Positions 39,194-49,486 of a stretch of 59,232 nucleotides of DNA are shown here, in pieces. The stretch spans positions 1-59,232 of the IMG/VR virus record IMGVR_UViG_3300033153_001737; one strand, given 5' to 3'. The notes under the pieces are model-generated. The model was not told where the DNA came from, did no database searches, and was given only the letters and a program-made list of their open reading frames with translations. The stretch is from a virus. Taxonomy: Duplodnaviria > Caudoviricetes. Positions within the stretch are counted from its first letter, which is position 1. Each line of letters begins with the position of its first letter. The position numbers and the translations under genes were made by a program.

Positions 39194-39753
39194 GCGAAGA
39201 ACAATCGCGACCTACGGCGTGGGGTACATTTTCACAGCGACCTAACGTAATTGACGCAGTTCAATATGTAGTAGTCGAAAAGGATGGCAAGAAGTTTAAC
39301 AATTTCCTGAAGATAATTGAAAAGCCTCACGTTAATGGCCGCGTCTATCAAGATGGCGAGGTTATCCGCGTGAGCAGTAAGAATGGACGAATGCAGCTAC
39401 GCGACGGCATGTGGCTAGTGATGACGCTACTTGGCGAGTTCGAGGTTTATACTGACGAACAGTTTCAGCGACTATTTGTCTCTGGCTTTTCTTCGTCGAG
39501 CGAAGCGGAGACAGGAGGGAGTGGAACGACCGCGCAGGGCGAAGCCCTTCTAGAACACGGAAAAGAGTTGACTGGAATAAAGGCTGACTTCATTTCATTG
39601 CAAACCGCTTTTACTGAGGCGAAAGCCGAGGGTGTTGAATTGTCCAAGAGAACTAGCGAAGCTGAAAAAGAAATTGCAGCAATATCAAAACAGATTGCAT
39701 TTATGAAGAAAGGTACTACTTCTAATGTTAAAAGTAAAGCCGGCAAATCCTAA
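39190..39753 (+). CDS. Hypothetical protein (beta domain plus coiled-coil)
   Basis: IDAVQY...GMWLV...GEFEVYTDEQFQRLF, a common phage pattern. Confidence 0.6.
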   Translation: MSEEQSRPTAWGTFSQRPNVIDAVQYVVVEKDGKKFNNFLKIIEKPHVNGRVYQDGEVIRVSSKNGRMQLRDGMWLVMTLLGEFEVYTDEQFQRLFVSGFSSSSEAETGGSGTTAQGEALLEHGKELTGIKADFISLQTAFTEAKAEGVELSKRTSEAEKEIAAISKQIAFMKKGTTSNVKSKAGKS

Positions 39754-40072
39754 ATTGTTAATACTCCCAATGGGAGTCGAGATAAAGACCAAGGGTGGTC
39801 TATTCATGCCAGGTAAAGTTTTCGGCCAAGACCTTGAACTTGCCAGAATCGTTTCGGTATCTAGGGTAGTCGAGGAACTTAACGAGCCTGATATTGCTAA
39901 GGATAAAATTGTATTGGTTAACGTTCACTCAGGCTTTCAGGTTACTTACGAGGGTACGACTATGCGACTTGTGACAGTAAATGACATTCACGCATATGTC
40001 GAACTTGACGGTGAGGAATTAGCCGAACAAAAACCAATGCCAGCCAATATCGAAATGCCCGAAGATTTTTAA
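39725..40072 (+). CDS. GroES/Cpn10-like co-chaperonin
   Basis: VKPANPKLLI..EIKTKGGLFMP..ARIVSVS..GFQVTYEG...LVTVNDIHA. Confidence 0.75.
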   Translation: MLKVKPANPKLLILPMGVEIKTKGGLFMPGKVFGQDLELARIVSVSRVVEELNEPDIAKDKIVLVNVHSGFQVTYEGTTMRLVTVNDIHAYVELDGEELAEQKPMPANIEMPEDF

Positions 40073-40654
40073 TGAGAGAGGCTAATGTATCACATCGAAA
40101 TGCTACATTACCAGACACTTTTACTGACACCGAGCTACTCGAGACCTTCGACAAGATGGTCAAGAGTGGCTGGGTGATGTCTAGAGGTCATGAGCGAGTC
40201 TCGCTAGTTGGTCCAGGTACTACATATTACGGTACTGACGTCAGGCAAATATTGAACGTAGTGACTAAAGAGAGGATGGAGCGATTCTTTTGACTCCAAT
40301 GCCAAATCATTGCATTGACTGCGACAAGCCAACGACTGGAACTAACTCGTTGTGTGACCGCTGTTTAGTAGACGAGCGAACTAGACATCATTCTGGAATA
40401 ACTGGCGACAATCAGCCGACCACTACCGCAGACCTAGAACAGAAAACAGTACCAAGCGAGCGCAAATGATAGATAGAAGTTATGAAATAGAAGAACGAAA
40501 AGTTATTGAAAACTGGCGAATGCTTGACTATACTGGAAAATCATGCCCAAATTGTAATCGAGTTAGGCTTTGCAAGTGTGTAAACACCAAAACTCGCTGT
40601 GAAAAATGCAATTGGGTTGTAGAAGATAAAAAATATTGTCCAGTGAGCGATTAA
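40072..40654 (+). CDS. Three small ORFs (40072-40293; 40290/40299-40469 with CxxC..CxxC; 40466-40654 zinc-ribbon)
   Basis: Coupled chain; the middle ORF MPNHCIDCDKP...LCDRC was read by hand. Confidence 0.55.
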
Positions 40655-40655
40655 A

Positions 40656-42344
40656 ATGATTATAATGCCAAATGGCTTACACCATGCTTCAGCCGAGGAA
40701 CGAAAGTTGTACCTTGCCTACAAGCATATGATAGCCTTTGGCAAACTGTTCCTTCCAGGTGATTTCCTCAAGTCCAAGACTCCTGAAGTACACTACAAAT
40801 TAGGCGCGGAATTCGACTCTGACTCGCAAAAGCCAGTCGCATTTATCTTAGCACGTGAATCAGCCAAAACTACCTTAACAAAGTGTTCAATACTTCAAGA
40901 CTTCTGTTTTGCTTACAAGGCAGAAGAATGGGGCTGGGCTAAAGAACGTGAACAATTGTTTCATGTCTGGGTGTCGAAGTCTCAGGTTGATTCGTATGCT
41001 AACATGCACTACATACGGATGAATCTAGAACACAACAAGCGCATAAAATACTACTTTGGTAACATGCGCGGCTCAATCTGGAACATCGAGAACATTGTTA
41101 CCTCAACTAATCAAAAACTTCAATCATTCTCTACACTCAAGTCAGTACGTGGACAAACATGGGCTGATTTAGAGAAAGGTACTCTGCGTTTATCCCGCGC
41201 CTTTATTGATGATGCCGAGACTGAGGCTAATACCAAGACCGACAACTCGCGCAAGTTTATCAAAAATACGATAATGAACGCAATTTACCCCGCTATCGAG
41301 AAAAACACTCCAAGACGGAGATTATTCTTGACCGGAACCCCAGTTCACTGGGATTCAATGGCTCAGAATCTAATGGATGACTGGGCGCAGGCTGAGCGAG
41401 ACGGAAAAACGGCTGATTATCCGTGGAATGTACACGTATACGGCTCCACACAGCCTGATATGGAGGGTGGCGTACTCTGGCACAGCTTTAGGCCAAGACA
41501 CGTTCTTGACCAGATTAAGGCAGTGTTCGAGCGTTCACCAGAAGGTGTTGCTGGCTACTATCAAGAATATGAGTTACAGGTAACTACCGAAGATAATGCA
41601 ACATGGTCGCGTAAACACCTGTTATACCACGACGCGCAATACGAATGGGATGAAGAAGAAAAACAGAGCTATATCTGGGTTAATAAGGTTCGCTATCCGT
41701 GCAACACATTTCTTGGATGTGACCCTGCTACCGACATTGACAACAAGGACTCTGACTATTCGGTAATTATGATAATTGCGGTAGATGCCGAGAATCGCAA
41801 GTATGTGATGGAGTACGTACGGAACAAGTATATGCCGACAGCCGGAATGCGCGACAAGGACATGAAGATTATCGGGAAAAAGGGTGTTGCTGACTACATT
41901 ATTGAACTTGGGCAGAAATATCACATTAATAATGGCCGTGTTGAAGATGTTGCTATGAACAGGTCGGTATTCAAGGACTTGAACAACCTGAAGCGACAAC
42001 TAGACGCTTACGACGTACATATAGCCCCTCATCCTCCTGGGGGACAGAACAAACACAATAGGATACATACCTTCCTTAATAGCGACTTCTCATCAGGGCT
42101 GATATTTATTCGTAAAAATATGTATGATTTAGAGAGCGAAATCGTTAAGTTTGGCCCTAAGATGGCACACGACGACACAATAGAAACATTATACTATTCG
42201 TGTCTAGGCGCATATCGCTACAAGGGAGAAAAAAAGAATAAAGATGCTCCTCTACCTCCAAATCTCCTGGACTACAAGCGGAAAAAACTAGAGGCATTGA
42301 GAGCAAGAAATAGAAAGGTTCAATCATCATGGATAACAATGTAA
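40656..42344 (+). CDS. terL: Terminase large subunit
   Basis: ARESAKTT (Walker A-like), AFIDDAE, TGTPVH, YYQEY, nuclease GCDPA..DYSVI and HDDTIE. Confidence 0.9.
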   Translation: MIIMPNGLHHASAEERKLYLAYKHMIAFGKLFLPGDFLKSKTPEVHYKLGAEFDSDSQKPVAFILARESAKTTLTKCSILQDFCFAYKAEEWGWAKEREQLFHVWVSKSQVDSYANMHYIRMNLEHNKRIKYYFGNMRGSIWNIENIVTSTNQKLQSFSTLKSVRGQTWADLEKGTLRLSRAFIDDAETEANTKTDNSRKFIKNTIMNAIYPAIEKNTPRRRLFLTGTPVHWDSMAQNLMDDWAQAERDGKTADYPWNVHVYGSTQPDMEGGVLWHSFRPRHVLDQIKAVFERSPEGVAGYYQEYELQVTTEDNATWSRKHLLYHDAQYEWDEEEKQSYIWVNKVRYPCNTFLGCDPATDIDNKDSDYSVIMIIAVDAENRKYVMEYVRNKYMPTAGMRDKDMKIIGKKGVADYIIELGQKYHINNGRVEDVAMNRSVFKDLNNLKRQLDAYDVHIAPHPPGGQNKHNRIHTFLNSDFSSGLIFIRKNMYDLESEIVKFGPKMAHDDTIETLYYSCLGAYRYKGEKKNKDAPLPPNLLDYKRKKLEALRARNRKVQSSWITM

Positions 42345-42508
42345 TTGTCCTGGACAACGTTTCGATAATTTACGAGCACAAATTAATATCATTCGCGAGA
42401 GCCGTAAGGGCTGTCAATAGCGGTGAAGCGGTGTTAGAGCTGAAAAGTAATGGCGTTGAAATTAATATGTTTATCAAGGAGAACGACAATGGTCGAACAG
42501 ACACCTGA
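42329..42508 (+). CDS. 59-aa ORF bridging terminase and portal
   Basis: MDNNVIVLDNVSIIYEHKLISFARAVR..., read by hand; overlaps both neighbours. Confidence 0.4.
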   Translation: MDNNVIVLDNVSIIYEHKLISFARAVRAVNSGEAVLELKSNGVEINMFIKENDNGRTDT

Positions 42509-44765
42509 CCAAGTAGCCACTGGTCAAGCTGAAAATAACTGGTACTTACTACAGCGAGCAAATACGCCGAGGCGACAAGTATGGTTGCGCGACCTGTATA
42601 GGGGCGACGACTATTACGAGGATATTCAGCTAACGACACAAGAATTGCAAGATTTAAGAGATGCTGGGATGCCGACATTCACCACAAATCGAATGACGCC
42701 AGTTATCGAAATCATGAAGTATTTTATTACCTCTAATAGACCGCGCTGGAAAGCAACCGGATGGACTGGCGACGACAGTAAGATGTCTGGAATCTTTGAC
42801 GGATTGTTCGAGTATTCGTTCCAGATGTCAGATGGCGACATGCAGATAGGGCAAATCGTACTTAATACACTGACTAAAAGTTTAGGCTGGTTTAACATCT
42901 ATGCTGACCCAATGGCAGACAGGGGTATGGGTGAAGTGATGTTCAATAGCATTGCTCCCGATACTGTATATGTAGACCCTACTTGTCGAGACTTGATGTT
43001 TAGGGATGCCGCGTTCATTATCGTTGCAAAGAACGTGACTAAGAGTTGGCTCAAAAACCACCTTCCGCAGTATTCGGCAGAGATTGACGAGGCTAACGGG
43101 ACTCCATTAACTACATCTTCCGCTGACAGTAGCAACCCTTCTAGAGACGAGGAAATTACTCAGGACGCAATGAGCACGAAGGAAGGCCTTAACGAAGTTG
43201 TCATCCCATTTGTCGAGACCTATAAGAAGAAAAAGGTTCTGTTTTACAATCTATTCATTCATCAAATACCCACGCCTGACGAAATTGGCTCAATAGAACA
43301 AGAAGCCAAGGTAGCAATCGAGGAATTGCAAGTTGAGCTACAGGTTCAATATGAAGAAGCTCAGAAGAAGCTGTCTGAACAAGTTGAAGCTGGAGAGATA
43401 ATCGAATCCAGAGCTAAATTTGAACTGCAAAAATTACAGCGAGCAAGTCAAGTTGAGCTTCAACAAAAGCAACAATATTACGAATCTGCGTTCGAGCAGA
43501 TGCAATCTAATGTCATTAACAAATCCATCCGCAAGTCAGAATATGAGGAGTTAATCAAGTCCGGTTCTATTGTCGAGACTGACATCATGCAGAAGATTCC
43601 TTACTGGGAAGACCGAGTATTTAAAGAGGTTAGTGTTGGGACTGATACTTTGTTGTATGACGAAGATACTGACTATATCGAATATCCGACTATACCGCTG
43701 CCATTCATGTTCAACGGCGGCCCGTACCCAATATCAGCCGCGAAGCCAATGATAGGTAAGCAACAACAAATTAACAAAGCTAATCAGATTACAATTCACC
43801 ACGCTACGCTATCTAGCAACTCTCCCTGGTTAATTCAGGCCGGCACGTTAACTAGTGAGGAAGATTGGGACATGAATGTTTCGATGCCCGGCGGTCGGTT
43901 AGAGTACGAATATGCAGGGCCAGATTCTACGCCAGTCAGACAGAAACCTGAACCTCTAAACAACGCTTTTTTCAGCATCTCAGAAAACGGGAAGTCTGAA
44001 CTCGAATATACGGCAGGTGTACCTTCGTCGCTGATGGGCCTAGCTGACAACCCTTCTGAGACATTCAGGGGTAAGATGGCTAACGATGAATTTAGTACGC
44101 GTAGATTGAAGGCTTGGATTAAGACGGTTTTTGAGCCTGTATTGACTCACGTAGGTAACGTATTTCTCGACGTGTCGCAGCATGTTTACAAGATTCACAA
44201 GGTATTCAGGGTAGTTAGCGAGACTGGGTTTAAAGAGTATGAAATCAACGTGCCGATATTTAACGACATTGGCGACATCATCGACAAGATGTACGACTAT
44301 GAAACGCTCAAGTTTGACATTCGTGTAGTATCTAACTCTACGCTTCCAACTAACAAGGAAGCTGAAGAAGGTCGCTGGATTGAATTGCAAGAAAAAGGCA
44401 TCACTGACGACGTTGAGACGATTAAGCACATACAGGGTATCGACGACAAGGAAGCACTGATGAAACGCAAGTCTGTATATTCACAACAGGCTGGTCAAAT
44501 CGAGTCATTAGATGGCGAGGTCAAGAAGCTACAGGGTGACTTGCAGACCGCACAGCGAGCAGTTGTCAACGCTCAGATTCAGAACGATGTGCTTAGAGGT
44601 AACATGGAAAACCACAAGGATGTTGTCGAAACTGAGGGGCAACAAAAGAATCTACAGAAACAGATGAAGAACGAACTTGATTTATTTAAAAAGGAGCTAA
44701 GATTGCTAGCGAAGCAGGTGGCTCAGAATAATAAGACGGAGACAAAACCGGACAAGAAAGATTAA
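42489..44765 (+). CDS. Portal protein (P22-like, long C-terminal coiled-coil)
   Basis: Follows terL; DYYEDIQ..TNRM.P.I, YVDP, PMIGKQQQINK, YTAGV..LMG; SD AAGGAG before ATG 42489. Confidence 0.85.
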   Translation: MVEQTPDQVATGQAENNWYLLQRANTPRRQVWLRDLYRGDDYYEDIQLTTQELQDLRDAGMPTFTTNRMTPVIEIMKYFITSNRPRWKATGWTGDDSKMSGIFDGLFEYSFQMSDGDMQIGQIVLNTLTKSLGWFNIYADPMADRGMGEVMFNSIAPDTVYVDPTCRDLMFRDAAFIIVAKNVTKSWLKNHLPQYSAEIDEANGTPLTTSSADSSNPSRDEEITQDAMSTKEGLNEVVIPFVETYKKKKVLFYNLFIHQIPTPDEIGSIEQEAKVAIEELQVELQVQYEEAQKKLSEQVEAGEIIESRAKFELQKLQRASQVELQQKQQYYESAFEQMQSNVINKSIRKSEYEELIKSGSIVETDIMQKIPYWEDRVFKEVSVGTDTLLYDEDTDYIEYPTIPLPFMFNGGPYPISAAKPMIGKQQQINKANQITIHHATLSSNSPWLIQAGTLTSEEDWDMNVSMPGGRLEYEYAGPDSTPVRQKPEPLNNAFFSISENGKSELEYTAGVPSSLMGLADNPSETFRGKMANDEFSTRRLKAWIKTVFEPVLTHVGNVFLDVSQHVYKIHKVFRVVSETGFKEYEINVPIFNDIGDIIDKMYDYETLKFDIRVVSNSTLPTNKEAEEGRWIELQEKGITDDVETIKHIQGIDDKEALMKRKSVYSQQAGQIESLDGEVKKLQGDLQTAQRAVVNAQIQNDVLRGNMENHKDVVETEGQQKNLQKQMKNELDLFKKELRLLAKQVAQNNKTETKPDKKD

Positions 44766-44774
44766 CTTGTCCTA

Positions 44775-44803
44775 TTGTATAATCTAGTACTCAAGATTAT
44801 ATT
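44775..44803 (+). promoter_or_regulatory. Promoter for the scaffold and capsid genes
   Basis: TTGTAT-17 nt-TATATT. Confidence 0.5.
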
Positions 44804-44823
44804 GTAAATGAAAGGAAATTGAA

Positions 44824-45669
44824 ATGGCTGGACAAGGCGCAAGCGCAAACGAAGACCAAATGCCACAGGCAGATAACTTCTTTGCAACACTAGACCAAGA
44901 AGGCGAAACACCAAATCCACAAACTCGGATAATCGAGGAAAATGTCACTCAGACTAAAACGTCACAAATGGGCGTTGATTTTACTCAAGAGGCTGACAGG
45001 TTGGAAAACGGTGAAGTCGTCAAACCTTCAGATGCAAATATTGCGGAGGACAAGTCAGATAATTCTGAATTAGTAGAGGCAATGAAAACTCAGAATGATA
45101 GCATTAATGCCTTAATCAAATCACAACAAGATTTGAAACCAATTCAACAACAGACTCAGACTGAGCAACCTAAAAACTTGGCTGAATACCTATTCGGGAA
45201 AGAAGCCGCAAGTGAATTTGTGTACGACCCCGAAGAAGCCGTCTCAGACCCTTCTAGTGACTCTGCAAAGTATCATAGAGCTGAGATAGCCCTAGAAACA
45301 CGCAAACAGATTGACAGGGACAAGGCCGAGACTAAAGAACAGGATGCTCAAACGATTTTCTCAAACGAGAAGACCGCATTAATGTCTGAGTATAAGATGT
45401 CTGAAGCTGATTTTGACGCATTTGAGAAAAGTGCTAAAGACAGAAACGTATCGTTAAAGGATATTTACCTCATGATTCACCGTGAAGAAATATCGAAGAA
45501 TATTGCGCAAAATACTGCAAAACAATATTCAACTCAGCGTACAAAAATGTCACAAATGGCTCCAGCGTTTGCCGCAAAAGGTGGACAGGAAATTCAGAAA
45601 GAAACTGATTCTCAATTCTTTGGCTCACTTTTCGGTATAAACGACAAACAGTTTGAAACTACAATTTAA
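44824..45669 (+). CDS. Capsid scaffolding protein
   Basis: Acidic, Q/E-rich and helical; between portal and capsid genes. Confidence 0.7.
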   Translation: MAGQGASANEDQMPQADNFFATLDQEGETPNPQTRIIEENVTQTKTSQMGVDFTQEADRLENGEVVKPSDANIAEDKSDNSELVEAMKTQNDSINALIKSQQDLKPIQQQTQTEQPKNLAEYLFGKEAASEFVYDPEEAVSDPSSDSAKYHRAEIALETRKQIDRDKAETKEQDAQTIFSNEKTALMSEYKMSEADFDAFEKSAKDRNVSLKDIYLMIHREEISKNIAQNTAKQYSTQRTKMSQMAPAFAAKGGQEIQKETDSQFFGSLFGINDKQFETTI

Positions 45670-45681
45670 GGATAATTAATA

Positions 45682-47370
45682 ATGGCTAACGATTATAGCG
45701 GAATTACCAGACCTTATGGTGATACTCCCCGCACCGTTCAAGCGCCAGCTACCGACCTTAATCAGTCCGACCTAAATGAAATTGGTCGCTCTGGTTCGCC
45801 GGATACTGGTGACCTAAGACGCTCGTACAATTTTGGAAAGGATTATACCAAGCTGAGTTATCAGCGTGACCCGTATCTTCACTTTCTGAATATGATGCGT
45901 AAAATTCCAACAGATGACCCCAAATTCAAATCAACTACCCGTCGCGGTGGAGCTAGTCTTCGTCGGTTTGGCTACGTTGTTGGTCTTGGAGCCGTCGGTG
46001 AAGTATGTACCGATGATTTGACTGAAACGCTTTCTTCAGGTGCATGGGATAGCGCAGGTTTGCGTGAATGTTTACAGGCTACCGCTCCTGGAATGGGCGC
46101 AACATCATTCTCTAACGCCTCGTTTGACACCACTCAGGGAAATTTACAGTCAATTATGATTATGGCTGACTACAAACGCGTAGGTCAGTTGCAGAATCGT
46201 GTTGGTTGGACTAGTTCTGATGCAGGCTTTATCGCATTAGGTGAGGCCGGAACTAAACCTAATTGGTTCCATCCGAATCAAACGATTCAGATTCCAGTTA
46301 GTTCAACAGCTCCTGCTGACGCATTTAACACTCCTACTGATTATGTGATTGCTCGCATTATCTCCGTTTATGATGTTACTGCCGCTAATGGCGGTACTAC
46401 ATACGGCGAGGGCGTGATTCTGAATTGTCGTCTTATCAAGACTCAGTCAACGCACATCTATCCTACTGCATATTATGGCGCAGGCTGGGATGGAAGTACT
46501 CATACTGACCTTCTGAGTGTAACTCACTCAACAGGGACTTCAAGTCTTGCTCAGAAACTAGAGCCTATGCGCTCCTATGTTATGGGTTCAGCTTATCACG
46601 AGTTGTCAGGTTATGGCGAAAGTCATCGCGACCAGTTGTATTCAACCGATTATGGTCTGACTCAGGAGTTTAAAGAGACTGCATTGATGTCATATCGTGC
46701 AATGTCTACCGTGCTGAAGTTCGAGAAAAATCCTTGGACTGAGGAATGGCAAGATAAGATGTTGGCTATCAACCTTCAGTTAGCTTATACCGCTTACTTC
46801 GGTGAACAGTATGAAGATGCTGACGGAATTACTTATACTGAGGGTATTATCAACTATATCCTCAATAACGGTAATCAGTTTGCATTATCATATGCCGACA
46901 AAGATGTTGACGACTTCCTAGAAGATATGTCAGCATTTAACGACCCACGTTTCAAACCCGACATGGGCGCGAATACCTATTACTTCGTACCTACTCGCAC
47001 CTGGAACTGGTTAGCTAAACAATCCGGTTATCAGAAAAACAACGTTGAAATCTCACCAAACTATCGCCTACAGGCTTCCGGTAAGGGTAAGAAACTCGGC
47101 GTTCCAGTACGAACGATTGACGCAGACGGAACGACTATGAAAGTTGTCCGTGATGTAAACCTTGACCGCACAAACGTCAAGATGGTAGCCATTGACATGA
47201 ACGGTTGTGCAATTCGCCCACTTGTTGGTAACGGATATAACAACGATGTTACGGTTCATGTTGGCGTAAAAGATAAAGCAAACTCGGGTGAGAGTTACAG
47301 GGTTGACTTGATTGATGCTGATATTGGCTTCAAGCACAAAGTTCCTGAACTTCACGCGGTTTGGGTTTAA
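45682..47370 (+). CDS. Major capsid protein (HK97 fold inferred)
   Basis: Position after the scaffold; DLRRSYNFG..DPY..KIPTDDPKFK, TQEFKET, AYFGEQ..YTEGII; 562 aa with an apparent insertion. Confidence 0.8.
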   Translation: MANDYSGITRPYGDTPRTVQAPATDLNQSDLNEIGRSGSPDTGDLRRSYNFGKDYTKLSYQRDPYLHFLNMMRKIPTDDPKFKSTTRRGGASLRRFGYVVGLGAVGEVCTDDLTETLSSGAWDSAGLRECLQATAPGMGATSFSNASFDTTQGNLQSIMIMADYKRVGQLQNRVGWTSSDAGFIALGEAGTKPNWFHPNQTIQIPVSSTAPADAFNTPTDYVIARIISVYDVTAANGGTTYGEGVILNCRLIKTQSTHIYPTAYYGAGWDGSTHTDLLSVTHSTGTSSLAQKLEPMRSYVMGSAYHELSGYGESHRDQLYSTDYGLTQEFKETALMSYRAMSTVLKFEKNPWTEEWQDKMLAINLQLAYTAYFGEQYEDADGITYTEGIINYILNNGNQFALSYADKDVDDFLEDMSAFNDPRFKPDMGANTYYFVPTRTWNWLAKQSGYQKNNVEISPNYRLQASGKGKKLGVPVRTIDADGTTMKVVRDVNLDRTNVKMVAIDMNGCAIRPLVGNGYNNDVTVHVGVKDKANSGESYRVDLIDADIGFKHKVPELHAVWV

Positions 47371-47379
47371 TAGGAGGTT

Positions 47380-47886
47380 ATGATGACTTTAGTAAAATCA
47401 AATCGCGCTCCTTCCGGTGACCAAAAGTATGTTGTTGGCCCATACAATCTAAATCAAGCTCAACTCGCATCAATGGTTAACGCTGGCGTGAGTGAGGCTG
47501 TAACCGCTAATAAAGCGCTAGTTGCTAATGACTCAGGGAAGACGCTATTTGTTGACCCTGCCGCGACTACATTGATTCAGTTGCCATCCGCTGTTGCTAA
47601 TCCTGATTGGAAGATTCGGATTTATATTACAGAAGGTGATGGCGGGACAATGGACCAGAAGATAAACATTGGAGCTTACGCAGGTGAGTTTTTCAACGGT
47701 TATCTTGTTGGTGGCGATGCAGGTGGTTCTGTAGTCGGTAACGGTTCTTCAAATGATTTCATTACTTGCGCAACAGGTTCTACAAGTGGTGAGTTCTTTG
47801 ATATAATGTCTAACGGTGTGGCTATGTATGCAACTGGTATAGTTAATGATGTATCTCACACTCTGTTTGCTGACACAGCAGGTTAA
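47380..47886 (+). CDS. Putative capsid decoration/auxiliary protein A
   Basis: Right after the MCP; L.ANDSGKTLFVD...QLP motif. Confidence 0.55.
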   Translation: MMTLVKSNRAPSGDQKYVVGPYNLNQAQLASMVNAGVSEAVTANKALVANDSGKTLFVDPAATTLIQLPSAVANPDWKIRIYITEGDGGTMDQKINIGAYAGEFFNGYLVGGDAGGSVVGNGSSNDFITCATGSTSGEFFDIMSNGVAMYATGIVNDVSHTLFADTAG

Positions 47887-47897
47887 GGAGTAAATAA

Positions 47898-48320
47898 ATG
47901 AGAACAAGATTAGGTTCCCGTGGAAGTTTCAGTGGGCAAGTATTTGAGAAAATAACTGCCGCAGAATCAATTCTAAACGGCGACAGTGGCAAAGTGTTTA
48001 TGCTCGATGCTACTGACGGAGCTTATAGCCTTACGTTTCCTACAGTCTTAAAAGCTGGCGTAAACTATAAATTCATTGTTCAAGAAGATACCCCTACTGG
48101 AGCTATCACATTAGCTTTCGGTAGCGCTATTGTACAAGGTAACGTTTTGGCTGGAAATCCAACTACAGCTAAGATGGAAAGTACCGAAGGTACAGCAGTA
48201 TCTAATGTGATTATCGGAACAGGCGCGAAAAAAGGCGCATGGCTCGGTATCTCATGTGACGGTACTGGTTGGTTTTTTGAAGGTCAGGGTTCTCCTGATA
48301 ATTGGATAACAACTAGCTAA
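47898..48320 (+). CDS. Putative capsid decoration/auxiliary protein B (paralog of A)
   Basis: I.NGDSGKVFMLD...TFP motif. Confidence 0.55.
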   Translation: MRTRLGSRGSFSGQVFEKITAAESILNGDSGKVFMLDATDGAYSLTFPTVLKAGVNYKFIVQEDTPTGAITLAFGSAIVQGNVLAGNPTTAKMESTEGTAVSNVIIGTGAKKGAWLGISCDGTGWFFEGQGSPDNWITTS

Positions 48321-48328
48321 TTGTAATC

Positions 48329-48356
48329 AAAGGGGTGGGTTAACGCTCACCCCTTG
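48329..48356 (+). terminator. Hairpin after the capsid operon
   Basis: AAGGGGTGGG-TTAACG-CTCACCCCTT. Confidence 0.65.
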
Positions 48357-48376
48357 TTACATACGGAGTATTTATA

Positions 48377-49486
48377 ATGGCAGTAACTACTTTAGTTAGT
48401 AGAATACGTGCTTTGACTAAAAGCACTACAGTATTGGGTATCAGTGATGATAATGTGGTAGATGAATTGTCTGCCGGTTGTAAATTTGTCATGGCTGTAG
48501 CGCCTAAATATCTTTTATCCCCATACGCTGAATTTTCAGCAATCACAGACGGGAACGGATTCTCATTCGGCAACGATACGGTGTTGTCAGTAGAGCGAGA
48601 TGGCAGCGATGCTAAGCTATTACCATCTAATCAATTTTATTCAGAGGGCGTGTCGGATGCAAGCAGTTTGTTTGCGAGAAGTAAGTTGTTTCCAGGGGTA
48701 TACATTAGGGGCGGTAAAATGTACATTAAGCCAGACCCTACTTCTGGCGAACCTGGAAGTATAACGCACGTAAAAGTGCCCGAAATATTAGCCGGAACTT
48801 TCGAGGTCTTCGGAATGTTAGAGGATGCCGTAGTTCATTATGCGTGTGCTCAAGACTTTCTGGCCCTGTCCGGAATATTCAGGGACAAGGCGATAGTCGA
48901 GCTTGACGCAATCAAAGATTATTTCACTACATTCATCTCGTTAATTCCGGACTACTCAGCCGTCTCATCGGTACTGCCTCAACAGCCGAGCTTGTCATTG
49001 ACGGCTCCTTCTTTTACTTATTCCTCGCCCGTAACCTCTCCAGACTATTCGACTATAGATTCTAAAATATCATCTGACGATACAGAGGTCGCATCATCTG
49101 TCTCACAAAAGATTTCAGCACAATTAAACGAATATCAGGCCGACATTCAGAATCAATCTACTAAAGTAAAGACCGAAGCTGAAGAATATGGCGCTACAAT
49201 ACAGCGATACGCTAACGAGTGGACAGCATACCAAAAAGAGGTACAAGCTATTGTCAGTAAGTATTCGGGCGACATACAAGGTAGTGTCAGCGAGTTCCAA
49301 TCAAATTTATCGAAAGCTACTTCATATATACAACTTGCACAGACGCGAATACCGCTAATGAATGAATATAGTAACATCTCAAGAGTTAACGCAGAACAAT
49401 CATCCTCACAATTTTTACTCGCTTACAAATTCATGGAAATGCACGTTGTTAAGTTTTCAGGGACACCACAGGAAGGTGGTAGATAA
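48377..49486 (+). CDS. Putative head-tail adaptor/ring protein with a coiled-coil extension
   Basis: GKMYIKPDP...LEDAVVHYAC, adaptor-like; position after the capsid genes. Confidence 0.55.
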   Translation: MAVTTLVSRIRALTKSTTVLGISDDNVVDELSAGCKFVMAVAPKYLLSPYAEFSAITDGNGFSFGNDTVLSVERDGSDAKLLPSNQFYSEGVSDASSLFARSKLFPGVYIRGGKMYIKPDPTSGEPGSITHVKVPEILAGTFEVFGMLEDAVVHYACAQDFLALSGIFRDKAIVELDAIKDYFTTFISLIPDYSAVSSVLPQQPSLSLTAPSFTYSSPVTSPDYSTIDSKISSDDTEVASSVSQKISAQLNEYQADIQNQSTKVKTEAEEYGATIQRYANEWTAYQKEVQAIVSKYSGDIQGSVSEFQSNLSKATSYIQLAQTRIPLMNEYSNISRVNAEQSSSQFLLAYKFMEMHVVKFSGTPQEGGR

